From assembly GCA_000002435.2 (NCBI GenBank), contig CM018789.1: 64,000 nucleotides of DNA; one strand, written 5' to 3'. Numbering within the stretch: position 1 is the stretch's first letter; each line of letters starts with the position of its first letter. Below are positions 46,810 through 57,401 of the stretch, one piece after another. Source of the stretch: Giardia intestinalis (Eukaryota). The translations under genes were made by a program, and so were the position numbers. A model generated the notes under the pieces. That model searched no databases. It was given only the letters and a program-made list of their open reading frames with translations, and was not told the origin of the DNA.

Positions 46810-49800
46810 ATGGTTGAAGCCAGTAAACTCTTGGGGTTCTCGAGTCACTCTTTTAGCACTAAAAAAGCCAAAATCTGTTTTCAGGGTTCCGAAATGGCCG
46901 AAGGGCAAGTGCTCGTGGACAAGGCATCTATGAATATGCTCATTCTCGAGTTTGATAACTTGAAGCGAGAGAATGAAGCCCTTAGAGAGAACCTGGAGGC
47001 TGCACTCGGGACACAAGATCAAGCGTCGCAGAATCTTCAAGCTGTTACTGAAGCGCTTCATAGAGTGAAAGGTGAGCTGTCCAATTCGGAGAACCACGTT
47101 AAAGTGCAGACGGAGCTGCTTCAGCTTAAGGACATGCAGTTAACGTTAGCGAAAAAGGGGTTTCTGGAGCTCTACAACCAGGTACGCGAGAAGAATGTGC
47201 ACATAGACATAGACATCGATTACATCTACCCATCTCTACGCCCCAGTGAGCTCCCCTCTTTCACTCAAGAAGAACTCGGCCAAATGACCCGCGAATGCGA
47301 GCTAATACGCGCAGAAATCAGCAGGTTTGCGTCTGCACGCGAGGTCACCACAAGTCAAGGCACGTCCAGGCTTGTTTCGCTTGCAGCCACGCCACGTGCG
47401 GCAACTGCTAGGCTTGACCGCTCGGGTCACCTATTAACTGAATCGTCTAACACAAATGTTCAGCAAAAGCTGGATGAACTAGCCATTCTTAAAGTAGAGC
47501 ATGAAGCCCTCCAAAGAGATAACCGAGAACTTTCTTTGCAAGTGCGCAAATTAATTAATGAAACGGCTGCTCAGCGAAGCACACTGGCAGCTTCTCAAAC
47601 GAACATGATCAGCCGGGATGATTATCTTCTGGAGAGACATAGACTTGAAAAGATCGCCAATGAGCTAAGAAACACACTTGACTCGACGCGAATGAGCGCA
47701 GACATGCTTCAGCAGGCCTTGGACCAAGAAAAGGAACGCGCACTACGCCTTCAGAAAGAACGTGATGACCTCAATCAATATCTTTATCAAGCCAGAGATG
47801 AGCTTGAGCAGGTGCGAGCCCAACACTTGGCCAAAAGTAGACACTTTGACCAAAGCTCCTCAACCCTTGAAGGTCACATCCGAACCTTAGAAGAGGATAA
47901 CCAGAAGCTTGCTGAACACGTGACAAAGCTCAGCACTGATTACCATCAGATGGAACAGCAAGATAAACTTAAAGAAGAGTCCATAGCTTTACTAAAAACA
48001 GAAAAGGAAGCACTTTTGGGTCAAATTAAAACTCTGACGCAAGATATTGAGACACTTGGAGTGGAGTTTCAGAACCGCGAGAGCGACCTGGAAGCAGCTG
48101 CAGCGTCTCTGGAGCAGCTTCTGAACAAGGAAATCTACGATGCACCTGTACAGACGGATATTATGGCGGACCAGAGTGTAATTATCACTGTAGGAGAGTT
48201 CAGAGATGCAAAAAGGGAGATCAGAGAGCGGGGAAAGAGAAGAATAATCCACAAAGTGATGAATATCCTTAATTTGAACGGTGAAAAAGCAGAATTGAGT
48301 GTGGAGAGATCCTTGCGACTCGATAGCATTCAGGGAAGCGAGCTCGCCACCAGTATGATAGATTCTGGGGTTCAAGATGTTATTATGTCAGAGGATGAGT
48401 TCATAGACAATCTCATGGTCCTGAAGACAGATATGATTGCTAAGTTTGGTGAACTTAACGGCCTCAAAGAGAAGATTACCAAGCTCACCGAGGACTTGGC
48501 AGAGCATAAAACTCTGAAAGGTGAGCTGCAACGGAAAGCTGAAAGTGCAGAAAAGAATCTCTTAGCACTTCGAGCAGAGATGGAGGAAGCACAGACACAG
48601 GCAGATGCGCTCAGAAGGCGTGAGGAAAAGACGATGGAAGATTTGAAGATAGAGAACAATGCGCTTGCTACACGCTTGCTAGAAGCACAGCAGAAGGGTG
48701 AAACCTCGCGGACACACACTCGTGACATGATGAATGCACTAGAGGAAAAGACAATCAATCTTGACAAGGCACAGCAAGAACTGAACTGGAACCAAGTGAA
48801 GATAGGCCAGCTAGAACGAAGAGTGATCGAGCTAGAGGAGGAGCTGTCAAACCACATTACAGGAGGGTTTCAGACGGATAAGCACGTTGACGCACTCAAG
48901 AAGGCGTACGAAGCAAAAATTGCGGAGCTTAATGCAGAGATTGATCAGCGCGACGCAGACCTGAATCGGGTTCTCAAGGAACAAATGGCCCGCTATGCAG
49001 AACAACGAGCAGAATTAGAGGCTGTGGTTCGAGCACCATCTTCCAGGCCTCAGAATCAAGGCCTTCTAGATGAACTTGTTAATATGCAAAAGATGTACGA
49101 AGACGCTAGAGGAGAGCAGTATAAGCTTATCACAGAGATTCGTGCAAAAGAAATGGAATGTGATGAACTGTCTTCAAGGAATGCATATCTCACCCAGGAA
49201 AAGGACAGATTGCAAGCGCTTCTGGACGAAAACTCTCGCGCTGCGCGGACAATGCGCAGTGAAGAGATTGAGCAACACACACAGATGCTTTCAGAGTACG
49301 AACGGAGGCTCAGAGAAAAGGACTCTGTGGTTGACGAACTACTTGGAAAGGCTAGCAAACTCGAGATAGAGAAGAAGTCGCTTGCAGCTGATTTCACTGA
49401 AGCTGAGGCACGCCTGAAGGCCGCCCTAGCTACATCAGAGGATCTTGCAGAGCAACTTGCGGATTATAAGGCACGCGTTAGTGATTTAGAGCTAGAAAAC
49501 CGGCAGCAAATTACCGAAATCACCATGCAGAAAGCACGGCTCACATCTGTACGCACAGGGGATTCTGAGAAAGATAAGATAATAGTATCTTTACAAGAGA
49601 GCATAAAGAACTATGAAAAAGAGCTAAGCAAATACCAGTCTGAAGTAGAGTCACTGAAAGGTCATATAACGACAAAGACCAAGTTTTTGGAGGCTGCAAA
49701 CAACGAGCTGGCAGGAATAAAGAAGAAGCATGACATGGATACGGATAAATTCAAGGCTACTATAAAGCAACTAAACTCCCGCGTCTCTGACCTCGACACC

Positions 49801-50553
49801 TTATTAAGTAATGCACACAAGGACGACGCCCTATTGTCATCTTATCGACAGAAGATCAGAGAGCTTGAGGCCGCCCTGCAGACTGAGCGCGAGGCTGCAG
49901 AGGCTTCACGAAAGGCCTATAAAGCAGAACAGAGGCAGGAGTTCAAGGAATTGGAGAACAAGATGAAACAATTAAGCTATGCAGTGGATGAACGGGATTC
50001 GTTGCGCCAAGAGAAGAAACGCCTACTTAAGGAGATCCAGAGAATGAAGGATGACCGAGCTAAGATGATAAGGGACCATGAAGAAGCGATGATGGGCATG
50101 CTTCGAAATGCCGATGAGGAGACCGAGACAGATAGAGAGACCATGTTCACCCGGGAAAGGTTTGATCACTATAGGTCACAGGCCAAGAAGTACAAGGACT
50201 TGTACAGAAGAGCATTCAACGTGGTAGAAAGGATGAAAGTAAAAGAGCGAGAAATGAAGAATATCATAGTACAATTGGAGAACAAACTCTTCGAAATGGG
50301 AGCCAAAAGAGATGACATAGTAGTTGGTGGGCTCAATAAAGACAACTCATGCACAACTTACGGTACAGCAAGCGTAAACGGCGACTCCCAAAGCGAGTCC
50401 CGTACTAGGGTGTCTAGTCGCCAAGGCAGCAGGGCAAGCAGCCGTTCCAGACAGCGGAGGTCTGATGCATCTGTGGACTCTAACAGGACAGGAAGAGTAG
50501 ATAGCCCCATTATCCCCGTTAACTTAGCATATAAACCTAGTGCTCAAAAGTAA
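46810..50553 (+). CDS. Very long coiled-coil protein (about 1250 aa)
   Basis: The track start at 46792 is GTG. ATG candidates are 46810 and 46894 (MAEGQV..., preceded by an A-rich tract). Nearly the whole length is heptad-rich (E/K/L/Q/R). The C-terminus is a Ser/Arg-rich tail. Confidence 0.7.
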   Translation: MVEASKLLGFSSHSFSTKKAKICFQGSEMAEGQVLVDKASMNMLILEFDNLKRENEALRENLEAALGTQDQASQNLQAVTEALHRVKGELSNSENHVKVQTELLQLKDMQLTLAKKGFLELYNQVREKNVHIDIDIDYIYPSLRPSELPSFTQEELGQMTRECELIRAEISRFASAREVTTSQGTSRLVSLAATPRAATARLDRSGHLLTESSNTNVQQKLDELAILKVEHEALQRDNRELSLQVRKLINETAAQRSTLAASQTNMISRDDYLLERHRLEKIANELRNTLDSTRMSADMLQQALDQEKERALRLQKERDDLNQYLYQARDELEQVRAQHLAKSRHFDQSSSTLEGHIRTLEEDNQKLAEHVTKLSTDYHQMEQQDKLKEESIALLKTEKEALLGQIKTLTQDIETLGVEFQNRESDLEAAAASLEQLLNKEIYDAPVQTDIMADQSVIITVGEFRDAKREIRERGKRRIIHKVMNILNLNGEKAELSVERSLRLDSIQGSELATSMIDSGVQDVIMSEDEFIDNLMVLKTDMIAKFGELNGLKEKITKLTEDLAEHKTLKGELQRKAESAEKNLLALRAEMEEAQTQADALRRREEKTMEDLKIENNALATRLLEAQQKGETSRTHTRDMMNALEEKTINLDKAQQELNWNQVKIGQLERRVIELEEELSNHITGGFQTDKHVDALKKAYEAKIAELNAEIDQRDADLNRVLKEQMARYAEQRAELEAVVRAPSSRPQNQGLLDELVNMQKMYEDARGEQYKLITEIRAKEMECDELSSRNAYLTQEKDRLQALLDENSRAARTMRSEEIEQHTQMLSEYERRLREKDSVVDELLGKASKLEIEKKSLAADFTEAEARLKAALATSEDLAEQLADYKARVSDLELENRQQITEITMQKARLTSVRTGDSEKDKIIVSLQESIKNYEKELSKYQSEVESLKGHITTKTKFLEAANNELAGIKKKHDMDTDKFKATIKQLNSRVSDLDTLLSNAHKDDALLSSYRQKIRELEAALQTEREAAEASRKAYKAEQRQEFKELENKMKQLSYAVDERDSLRQEKKRLLKEIQRMKDDRAKMIRDHEEAMMGMLRNADEETETDRETMFTRERFDHYRSQAKKYKDLYRRAFNVVERMKVKEREMKNIIVQLENKLFEMGAKRDDIVVGGLNKDNSCTTYGTASVNGDSQSESRTRVSSRQGSRASSRSRQRRSDASVDSNRTGRVDSPIIPVNLAYKPSAQK

Positions 50554-50599
50554 AGGGCCTATTAAGGCTTCTAGGACAGAGGGACTATCCGCACACTCT

Positions 50600-52021
50600 T
50601 CATACTATTCTGTCTCTGCGCCTGTACATCGTTGTATAGGCCTCCCAGTGTAAACTTTCTTGACGAAGCCTGTGACAAAGCAGGCGTCCTACTTTCTTGG
50701 ACTCTTTCTTCAAGTAATGCTGTAGCAACTTCTCCATATTGGTATGGGTGATGTCGAATGAATCTGTGTTGCGAAACCGGATATAAGGTAACTCTTGTAG
50801 CCCAGCCATGGCGTGCTTTTTAAGTAGGCCAGTCTGCTCACAAATGTAAACAAGATCAACGTGCTCAGACTTCTTTGGAAGCTTTGCATCTTCAAAAGCT
50901 CCGCGACTGGAAGGCACGGGGGAGAAGGTTAGCTCCTTCTCTGTCCCAAGTGTGTGCATTGAAGATTCGCTCTGGGCGTCAAGTGAGACTGGCACGCTCT
51001 CTGAACTAAGTGTGGCCATCGAGCCATTTCTTCTTACTTGAAGGAGCTCTTCCAAGTTAATCCCAAAAGTGTATTGAAGAAGATACTCAAGGACTTTGTT
51101 CGACCAGTATGCTGTAAAGCCCAATAGCCCAAGCTTTGAAAGAGGCTCCTCTGGGCCAGCTTGCCGATTCTCCATCTGTCCAAGGAGATATGCAAAATCA
51201 ATCAGTAGAGAGCCTATGCCCATTCTATGAAAGCAGGGAAAGGTCAGAATACACGCTAGAATATTGTTTTCACACTTCTCTTTGCTGAAGTACCCGACTA
51301 TTGTTTCCCCTGTGGGATAGCGAAGATTGCAAACTGGCTCAACAGCTGGGCCTCCACGACGCCGAAGAGAAGCATTCATTTCTTCGTCAAGAACGTCGGT
51401 GCGTACGGTCATAACATAAAAGAGGAAAATATCTGTGTCATAAAAGAGAGTTTTGCTATCCAAAAAAAGTTTCGTAAACAGACATAGACACTGACAGAAC
51501 AGCTTGTTGAGCCGTCCATCAACCTCGTAGACTGCGAGGAGGCCGTCGTCGTATATTCTCAAGCCCGGAGGGCGCCTCATGTCACAGTTCTGAATGTGAG
51601 CTGTGTAGGTCTTTTTCTTTCGGATGTAACGCATGCAGAACGGGCAGATAAAGATCTCTGGTAAGTGTGTATAGGGAGGAGGGAACGGAGAGTAGTACCA
51701 TGTGACCATGCGCACGTTCCCCATACAGACCTCTCCAATTGTCCGTTGCTCGAAGGATAGGGGCGTTTTGCTGGCAGTGGGTGGGTTTAGATACTCGAGC
51801 TCATCGTAGCGATACCATGAGGTCTGTTTGGCTTCTCGTGCCTCGGCGGACCCTGCGACACAAAAAAACCTCACATTAAAGAGTTGGTTTTTGGAGCCCT
51901 CTGGGCCACCCACGATTTTTATCTGCGCTATGCGGCCCTTCTGGGGCACATCTGACCCGCGGGGTCGCGTCCGCACTAAAGTCCCTACGAGGAACAGAGC
52001 CTCTGGGGGACAAAAACGCAT
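50600..52021 (-). CDS. MYST-family histone acetyltransferase
   Basis: N-terminal chromo-barrel-like region. C2HC zinc finger CPFCMRYIRKKKTYTAHIQNC. MYST core segments FCQCLCLFTKLFLDSKTLFYDTDIFLFYVMT and VGYFSKEKCENNILACILTFPCFHRMGIGSLLIDFAYLL (acetyl-CoA motif). Confidence 0.85.
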   Translation of the reverse strand: MRFCPPEALFLVGTLVRTRPRGSDVPQKGRIAQIKIVGGPEGSKNQLFNVRFFCVAGSAEAREAKQTSWYRYDELEYLNPPTASKTPLSFEQRTIGEVCMGNVRMVTWYYSPFPPPYTHLPEIFICPFCMRYIRKKKTYTAHIQNCDMRRPPGLRIYDDGLLAVYEVDGRLNKLFCQCLCLFTKLFLDSKTLFYDTDIFLFYVMTVRTDVLDEEMNASLRRRGGPAVEPVCNLRYPTGETIVGYFSKEKCENNILACILTFPCFHRMGIGSLLIDFAYLLGQMENRQAGPEEPLSKLGLLGFTAYWSNKVLEYLLQYTFGINLEELLQVRRNGSMATLSSESVPVSLDAQSESSMHTLGTEKELTFSPVPSSRGAFEDAKLPKKSEHVDLVYICEQTGLLKKHAMAGLQELPYIRFRNTDSFDITHTNMEKLLQHYLKKESKKVGRLLCHRLRQESLHWEAYTTMYRRRDRIV

Positions 52022-52224
52022 TTCATTTAATGTTCAAAGGAACTGTCTTTGAGGTTTCAGACAAACCCCTTAGAATTGTAAATGAAAGGGTAGATTTGGT
52101 GACTTTTTAATTAAAATTGCATGTAGTTGGGAATCCCTGACCCGGTGCGAACGTTAATACCCCCGCAGGGAAGCCTGCGAAAGCCTTAAGAAAAAATTTA
52201 TTAACTCATTATCTATACCTACGT

Positions 52225-53742
52225 CTAACAGAAAAAGGGAAGTGCCAGAGGCTGTAGCTCCTCATACTGGGGAACATTCTCAATAAACGAGCGATTGACG
52301 GACTCGATGGACTCGAGCATTGTCTTGATCTTATCCATATCAAATGCTTGGCGGGATGTCTGGAAAAAAGAACACAGTGCACAATTTCCCACGCAGCCAG
52401 CTGTCTCGCAAACTATAACAGTTGAGCCGTCGAGGATGTTCTTGTAGTGCTTGGAGCTCTTTTGGATGTAATATTTGCAAATTCGAAGAATGGTTGTCAC
52501 GGTGTCAATCATTCCATGAATCTGCACCACCTTCAAGATGGCTTTTTCAATAACATAGGAGCCGTATTTGGACTCCAGGATCGTTGGCAAATAGCGCGTG
52601 AGAGCTACCTTGCTGATAAATGGCAAGAGGAAATTTTTGGGCAGAACGTTTTCCTTGATTAGCTTTTCTAAGAGATGAGAGGAGTACTTACCGAAGACCA
52701 ACTCGGGAGCATCATTGATGAGTTGTTGTATGATAGACTTTGGGCACTTCTTGTTTTCCAAGAGGTGCTGGATCACGTAGTTACCACAGGTATTATTGCA
52801 TATTGTTGCAAAGTTCTCAATCACCTGGCTGAGGACCGCCGGATCTATCTGGCCTTCTTTAAAAAGGGTCCTCACCACCCAGGATGCATACGTGTTGATA
52901 CAGGCCTGAACCAGAATTCGTGGATCCCCTAGCAGATTGTAAAGGATGGGACCGACCTGCTGCCTTGCTTGGTTGATCATGGCCTGGAGAATGTGGTTGC
53001 CGTAGATGTGAAACATGCAGGGAATCAAGTGCGGATGAAGGTGAGGAAGGATAGCCTGGACCGCAGCCTTTCCATGAGCCGAAAGAAGTGATTGGAGATT
53101 CTTGCTTCCTTGCTTAGTCGTATACATGCTTACAATGTTGGCTGCCAAAAAGCTCGGAGAGGGAATACCAGGTTTCTGTGATTGTGATTGAGAGTCGCTC
53201 AGCTGGGGAGAAGAATATGGCGTTGTGGCTGTAGGGTAGGGAACCGGAACAGTTTGGCAAGGCGGGCTGACGGGGCAATAATAGGACGATGGTGCAATAG
53301 ATTGTTGAGCATATTGATCGACGGGAACAAAACTAGAAATACCATATTGAGGAATTGGTTCTAACTGCGTGTTTATGGACAAGGGGACTATGGGAGGCGT
53401 GGACTCGTTGATGGAGGGATAGTGTAAGACTGGTTGGGGTTGATAGTGGACTTGTGCGGTGGACTGGAAACCGGGTTTTGTGCATGCAGAGGCGCTGACT
53501 AGTGAAAGACCGGGAGGGGGAAGACCGTAGGATTGATGTGATATTACTGGGGGAAAGATTGAAGAATTGAAACCAGAATCACGTACACCGATGTGCATGT
53601 TAAGATTTTGACTACACGAAGAAGAGAAAGAAGTGTGACTGAAGGACCCCGTGGCTGGGGTCTCCCTGGCTGTAGAGTCGTCTGAATAGATCGATGTGCT
53701 ACAAAAGGCAGATTCTGGGCTAGATGGACTATCGGTGAACAT
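52225..53742 (-). CDS. Pumilio/PUF-family RNA-binding protein
   Basis: C-terminal half holds repeated PUF helices GNHILQAMI, CGNYVIQHLLE and YGSYVIEKAI. N-terminal half is low-complexity S/P/Q-rich. Confidence 0.8.
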   Translation of the reverse strand: MFTDSPSSPESAFCSTSIYSDDSTARETPATGSFSHTSFSSSCSQNLNMHIGVRDSGFNSSIFPPVISHQSYGLPPPGLSLVSASACTKPGFQSTAQVHYQPQPVLHYPSINESTPPIVPLSINTQLEPIPQYGISSFVPVDQYAQQSIAPSSYYCPVSPPCQTVPVPYPTATTPYSSPQLSDSQSQSQKPGIPSPSFLAANIVSMYTTKQGSKNLQSLLSAHGKAAVQAILPHLHPHLIPCMFHIYGNHILQAMINQARQQVGPILYNLLGDPRILVQACINTYASWVVRTLFKEGQIDPAVLSQVIENFATICNNTCGNYVIQHLLENKKCPKSIIQQLINDAPELVFGKYSSHLLEKLIKENVLPKNFLLPFISKVALTRYLPTILESKYGSYVIEKAILKVVQIHGMIDTVTTILRICKYYIQKSSKHYKNILDGSTVIVCETAGCVGNCALCSFFQTSRQAFDMDKIKTMLESIESVNRSFIENVPQYEELQPLALPFFC

Positions 53743-54022
53743 TTTTTGAGGCTCTTTATAATATTTAGAACATTTTTATTAAGTTTTGCAATTAAAATAT
53801 TTAATAAGCTCGAATTTGATCGCCTTCAGGGCAGAACCCCTGTTATAGAGACTCAGCTGCGAAGTATGCCTGTCTTGAAGCCCCTCTTTTCGTCACGCAC
53901 ATCCTAAGCTGCTGGTTGCAGTTGTTGAGCTTGACGACTTGGCCCGGACATCTAAAAGTATCTGAAATTATATATTTGTTTTTTTGAAAGGGCTTCAATA
54001 ATGCATTTATTTCTTGGCCAGA

Positions 54023-54679
54023 ATGACCGACTACTCGCTCCCGTTCGGGGTCCACCTCTATTTCACAGGAACCTTTGGGAGCCGCGAGGTCACAGAAGAC
54101 TCGTTCCGAAACTTAGTCACGCAGATCACCACCACGCCAATCAAGACTATCGAGGAGCTCTGGCGTGTCGTCGATAACATCCCGTCGTTTTTGGATGCCA
54201 ACGATGGGTTCACTTACTACTGGTTCAAGGAGGGGAAGAGCGTCACCTGGGAGAGTGAAGACAACTCTAACGGGGCGGTCTATTCGTACAGTCACGAAGA
54301 AGACGAGCAGCTGATCAAAAGCAATCCTCTGCACTGGGCACAGGTCAAGGCAGATCTGGAGGGCCGGGCCTTGGCGCTTCTGAGCCTCTTTGTTGGCTGC
54401 TCTTTGCCTGAGTTTACCGACCTTGTCAACGGGCTGCTTTTCAAGGTGCGGCGAACGAGAATCTCATACGAGCTTTGGCTTCATAAGGAGCCCTCTCCCG
54501 ACGAGAGGAGGCTACTTGATCAGTGTTTATCAGCTGCACTGCAGATAGATGGCGCCAAGGCCAGGCATATACACTTGAAAACTACGCGCGATCTAATATC
54601 CAGAAGCCAGACATCTTCCAGGCGGTCATCAAGGGCTCCCTCTGAGGAACGGTCACGAACGCACAAACGCTCACGGTGA
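54023..54679 (+). CDS. eIF4E-family cap-binding protein (218 aa)
   Basis: The track start at 54014 is TTG. ATG at 54023 (MTDYSLPFG...). Alignable to the eIF4E core: IEELWRVVDNI vs EDFWALYNHI, and FKEGKSVTWESEDNSNGAVY vs FKDGIEPMWEDEKNKRGGRW. The cap-stacking Trp positions and the W-E dyad are retained. Confidence 0.6.
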   Translation: MTDYSLPFGVHLYFTGTFGSREVTEDSFRNLVTQITTTPIKTIEELWRVVDNIPSFLDANDGFTYYWFKEGKSVTWESEDNSNGAVYSYSHEEDEQLIKSNPLHWAQVKADLEGRALALLSLFVGCSLPEFTDLVNGLLFKVRRTRISYELWLHKEPSPDERRLLDQCLSAALQIDGAKARHIHLKTTRDLISRSQTSSRRSSRAPSEERSRTHKRSR

Positions 54680-54825
54680 CAGCACTCTCTAACCGCGTTG
54701 TCTACTCGTTGCATCTCAGGTGCCTATTTGTAAATTGAGCTGATTGTGCCGACTGCATTATCTGGACTGGTCCAAGTCCAGAGGGGAGTGACGCGTTTAG
54801 AAAAAGTTGAAGGAAAACATTGGCT

Positions 54826-57345
54826 ATGTTTTCACTTCCGTTCTTTTGCAACCAGCAATCGGTCCCAGCTGACACATTTTGCAGCTACTGCGGAAGATGC
54901 ATACCGCAGGGAACGAGCGCGCGGCTTACAGAGTCCCGGGTTTTCTGTGCATCTCATGCCCAAACGACTGCGTACTCGATCACCACAGACGCATGTACCT
55001 TTGGAAACTTTGCCCTTTCCTTTGATGAGACTGGGTTTTCCGTAACGATAGACTTGGATGTTCTTCTGGAGCACCGGCCGGATCTAGGGATAGGTATAAT
55101 TTCCCGTTTGCCCATTACAGTCCTTGATGAGACACGGGCGTTTTGCATGGAGGTCTTCCACAGCAATATCCCCGTAGGAAATGAACTACCTGAGTACAAC
55201 TCTGACGCCGCCTCTATCCCAGCTGGCACTCAACCTGACTGGTTGTGCTATCGGCAAAATAAGATACAGAAGTCCAAATATACTCTATACGCACAGTTCC
55301 CCACCTATGGCGTTCTTCAGAAATCGACACGCCTACATCGCTCCTCTAGCCAACTGGAGTCTTTGAACATGGGCCCTCCAGACAAGCGCTTCTGGTCTGC
55401 TAAGTTGCAAGAATCCAAAGAGAAGATATCTAAAGAGTTCCTCCCAATACATTATGTTTACACGGATGTCACCGCTTGCCAAATGAATTCTAAATGGCCG
55501 ATTTATCTTGCCACTCCTCCGCAGGGCGCCAGTCTTCCTGGCTGCAGCTTCATTTCTATAAATATATATTGCTCTTACCTTCCTTCTGTGTTCCAGCCAC
55601 TTCACAGCTCCTCTACAAAGGCCTATATTCTGCGTGCAGATCTTGCTAAGAGCCTCATGAACACATACCCACCAACAGATGTTATCACAGAGGAGTTCTC
55701 GGTTATTCTTGGCAAGTATCTTTGTCAGATAGCTGCACGTGTCGTCTACCCATATAAGTACCAAAATATAGCAAGCACGGAGGAGGCCATAAAGAACTTC
55801 TTCTTAAGCAACAGAAAGTCTCAAAACCACAAACCACCATCAGGCATAGATAAGGGCGTAACGTTCGGATCTCTTCTGAACTCGCGGCCGACGGGGTCGG
55901 AGGTCATAGTATATGTTTCTGGAGGACTAGAGACGCAAAGCTACAACCAGAAGAAGGACAAGATAACAACGAGCTACATGCGCTCTTACCTGTGCCTCAA
56001 CCAATATGTTATTTCCTACGCAGCAGAGAGATTCAGGCTCCACCGTTTAATCACATCTAAGCCGGAGTTACTATCATCGCTAACACAGGATCTTTCGGTG
56101 ACCTCAACCGAAATGAAGTTACTCACTACTGCGTTGGGCCCTCCGAGCCAATTGATAATGTGCAAAGTGTTTTATGAGTGTTACAAGAAGGTCGGAGGAA
56201 ATTGTGCCCCATTTCAACTTCAAACGTGGAACTCAGCTAATAATTTCTATAACATAAATATATCCTTGCTTGCAAACGACGGATCTGTTATAGATAAGGT
56301 CATAGAAACATGTGACCAGCATAACACAGAAAAGAGCGACGTGCTGACAGCTGAGGAGTCCTCCAACATACAACCCAGTACCGTTATCTTTACAAGCATA
56401 GTCAACTTGACCTCTCTCTATGACAAGTTGCTGGGCTCTGATGACCAGCAGGACGACGCTCCGTCAGTACAGCTTTCGACCACTACCAGCCAGCTCGGAG
56501 AGCGCTCCCTCACCGACATGACCAGCATAGCAGGGAACATGGACGACGAAGACACAGGAGCAGATAGCTATCGGGTCTTTGCCGGGCTCATTGGACACTG
56601 CTCGTTAAGACCCATGTTCCCGGCGATATGGGTCGCATACCGTATCTCCTTTCCTAAAGCAGATCCCATGGAGAAGCTTCTCACTACTGTTGGAGCCTCG
56701 TTTCTTAGCACTCTCGGTAATGCTTCGGGAGAATTTATCAAAGGGTCAAGCACATCGCCGTACTATGCCTCGCTCCGGGGCCGCACGATAACAACGTCAG
56801 GTGCAGCCGCATCAGCCACAGCAATCTCATCATTCAACATCCTCGCCGTTTCACTGGCAGATGATGTCGTGGACAGCAAGCAGATGGGTGTGCATGGAGG
56901 CTCGACTGAAGAAAGCGGTCCCGCAAGGATGGGCGGATCTAGAGTGGTTTCGGCCATTTATGACATCTTACAGACAAGTACAGTACCGGATGGGTCAAAG
57001 AAGTATATGGGGTCTCTTGGAGATAACATCACGATCGATGCGCTGGATCGCATATATCCCCAAGACTACAGCAGGTCACTGTACTACTCTGAACCGTCTG
57101 TGCCCGTTTTTGCCAAGCCAAGGTATCTTTTTGCGCCGAGCTCAACGCCCAATAACTTTAAAATAGATGAGCATTTACTAGAATCTATATGCTTAGGATA
57201 TGGCGATTTTATGAACGTTGACGCTGTGCGGCGAATCCTGGAGGCAAACCATGCGGGTCTGAGCTCTCGGCTGTTTCTTTGTGAACAGAATGGGCAGAAA
57301 ATTTTCGACCGAGTGCAGAGTAATCATCGCAGACCCTCTCAGTGA
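54826..57345 (+). CDS. Hypothetical protein (about 840 aa)
   Basis: The track start at 54820 is TTG. ATG at 54826 (MFSLPFF...), preceded by tagaaaaagttgaaggaaaacattggct. Long uninterrupted ORF with no recognisable motif. Confidence 0.6.
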   Translation: MFSLPFFCNQQSVPADTFCSYCGRCIPQGTSARLTESRVFCASHAQTTAYSITTDACTFGNFALSFDETGFSVTIDLDVLLEHRPDLGIGIISRLPITVLDETRAFCMEVFHSNIPVGNELPEYNSDAASIPAGTQPDWLCYRQNKIQKSKYTLYAQFPTYGVLQKSTRLHRSSSQLESLNMGPPDKRFWSAKLQESKEKISKEFLPIHYVYTDVTACQMNSKWPIYLATPPQGASLPGCSFISINIYCSYLPSVFQPLHSSSTKAYILRADLAKSLMNTYPPTDVITEEFSVILGKYLCQIAARVVYPYKYQNIASTEEAIKNFFLSNRKSQNHKPPSGIDKGVTFGSLLNSRPTGSEVIVYVSGGLETQSYNQKKDKITTSYMRSYLCLNQYVISYAAERFRLHRLITSKPELLSSLTQDLSVTSTEMKLLTTALGPPSQLIMCKVFYECYKKVGGNCAPFQLQTWNSANNFYNINISLLANDGSVIDKVIETCDQHNTEKSDVLTAEESSNIQPSTVIFTSIVNLTSLYDKLLGSDDQQDDAPSVQLSTTTSQLGERSLTDMTSIAGNMDDEDTGADSYRVFAGLIGHCSLRPMFPAIWVAYRISFPKADPMEKLLTTVGASFLSTLGNASGEFIKGSSTSPYYASLRGRTITTSGAAASATAISSFNILAVSLADDVVDSKQMGVHGGSTEESGPARMGGSRVVSAIYDILQTSTVPDGSKKYMGSLGDNITIDALDRIYPQDYSRSLYYSEPSVPVFAKPRYLFAPSSTPNNFKIDEHLLESICLGYGDFMNVDAVRRILEANHAGLSSRLFLCEQNGQKIFDRVQSNHRRPSQ

Positions 57346-57401
57346 GTAACTTAAGCTTACAGCCGTGCGAAGATAAAGGCAAACCACAAGCTGCACACTG
57401 T

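Noticed and set aside
53843-54055. 70-aa minus-strand ORF overlapping the eIF4E start
   Set aside because: It has no ATG context and overlaps a well-supported gene start and its promoter.
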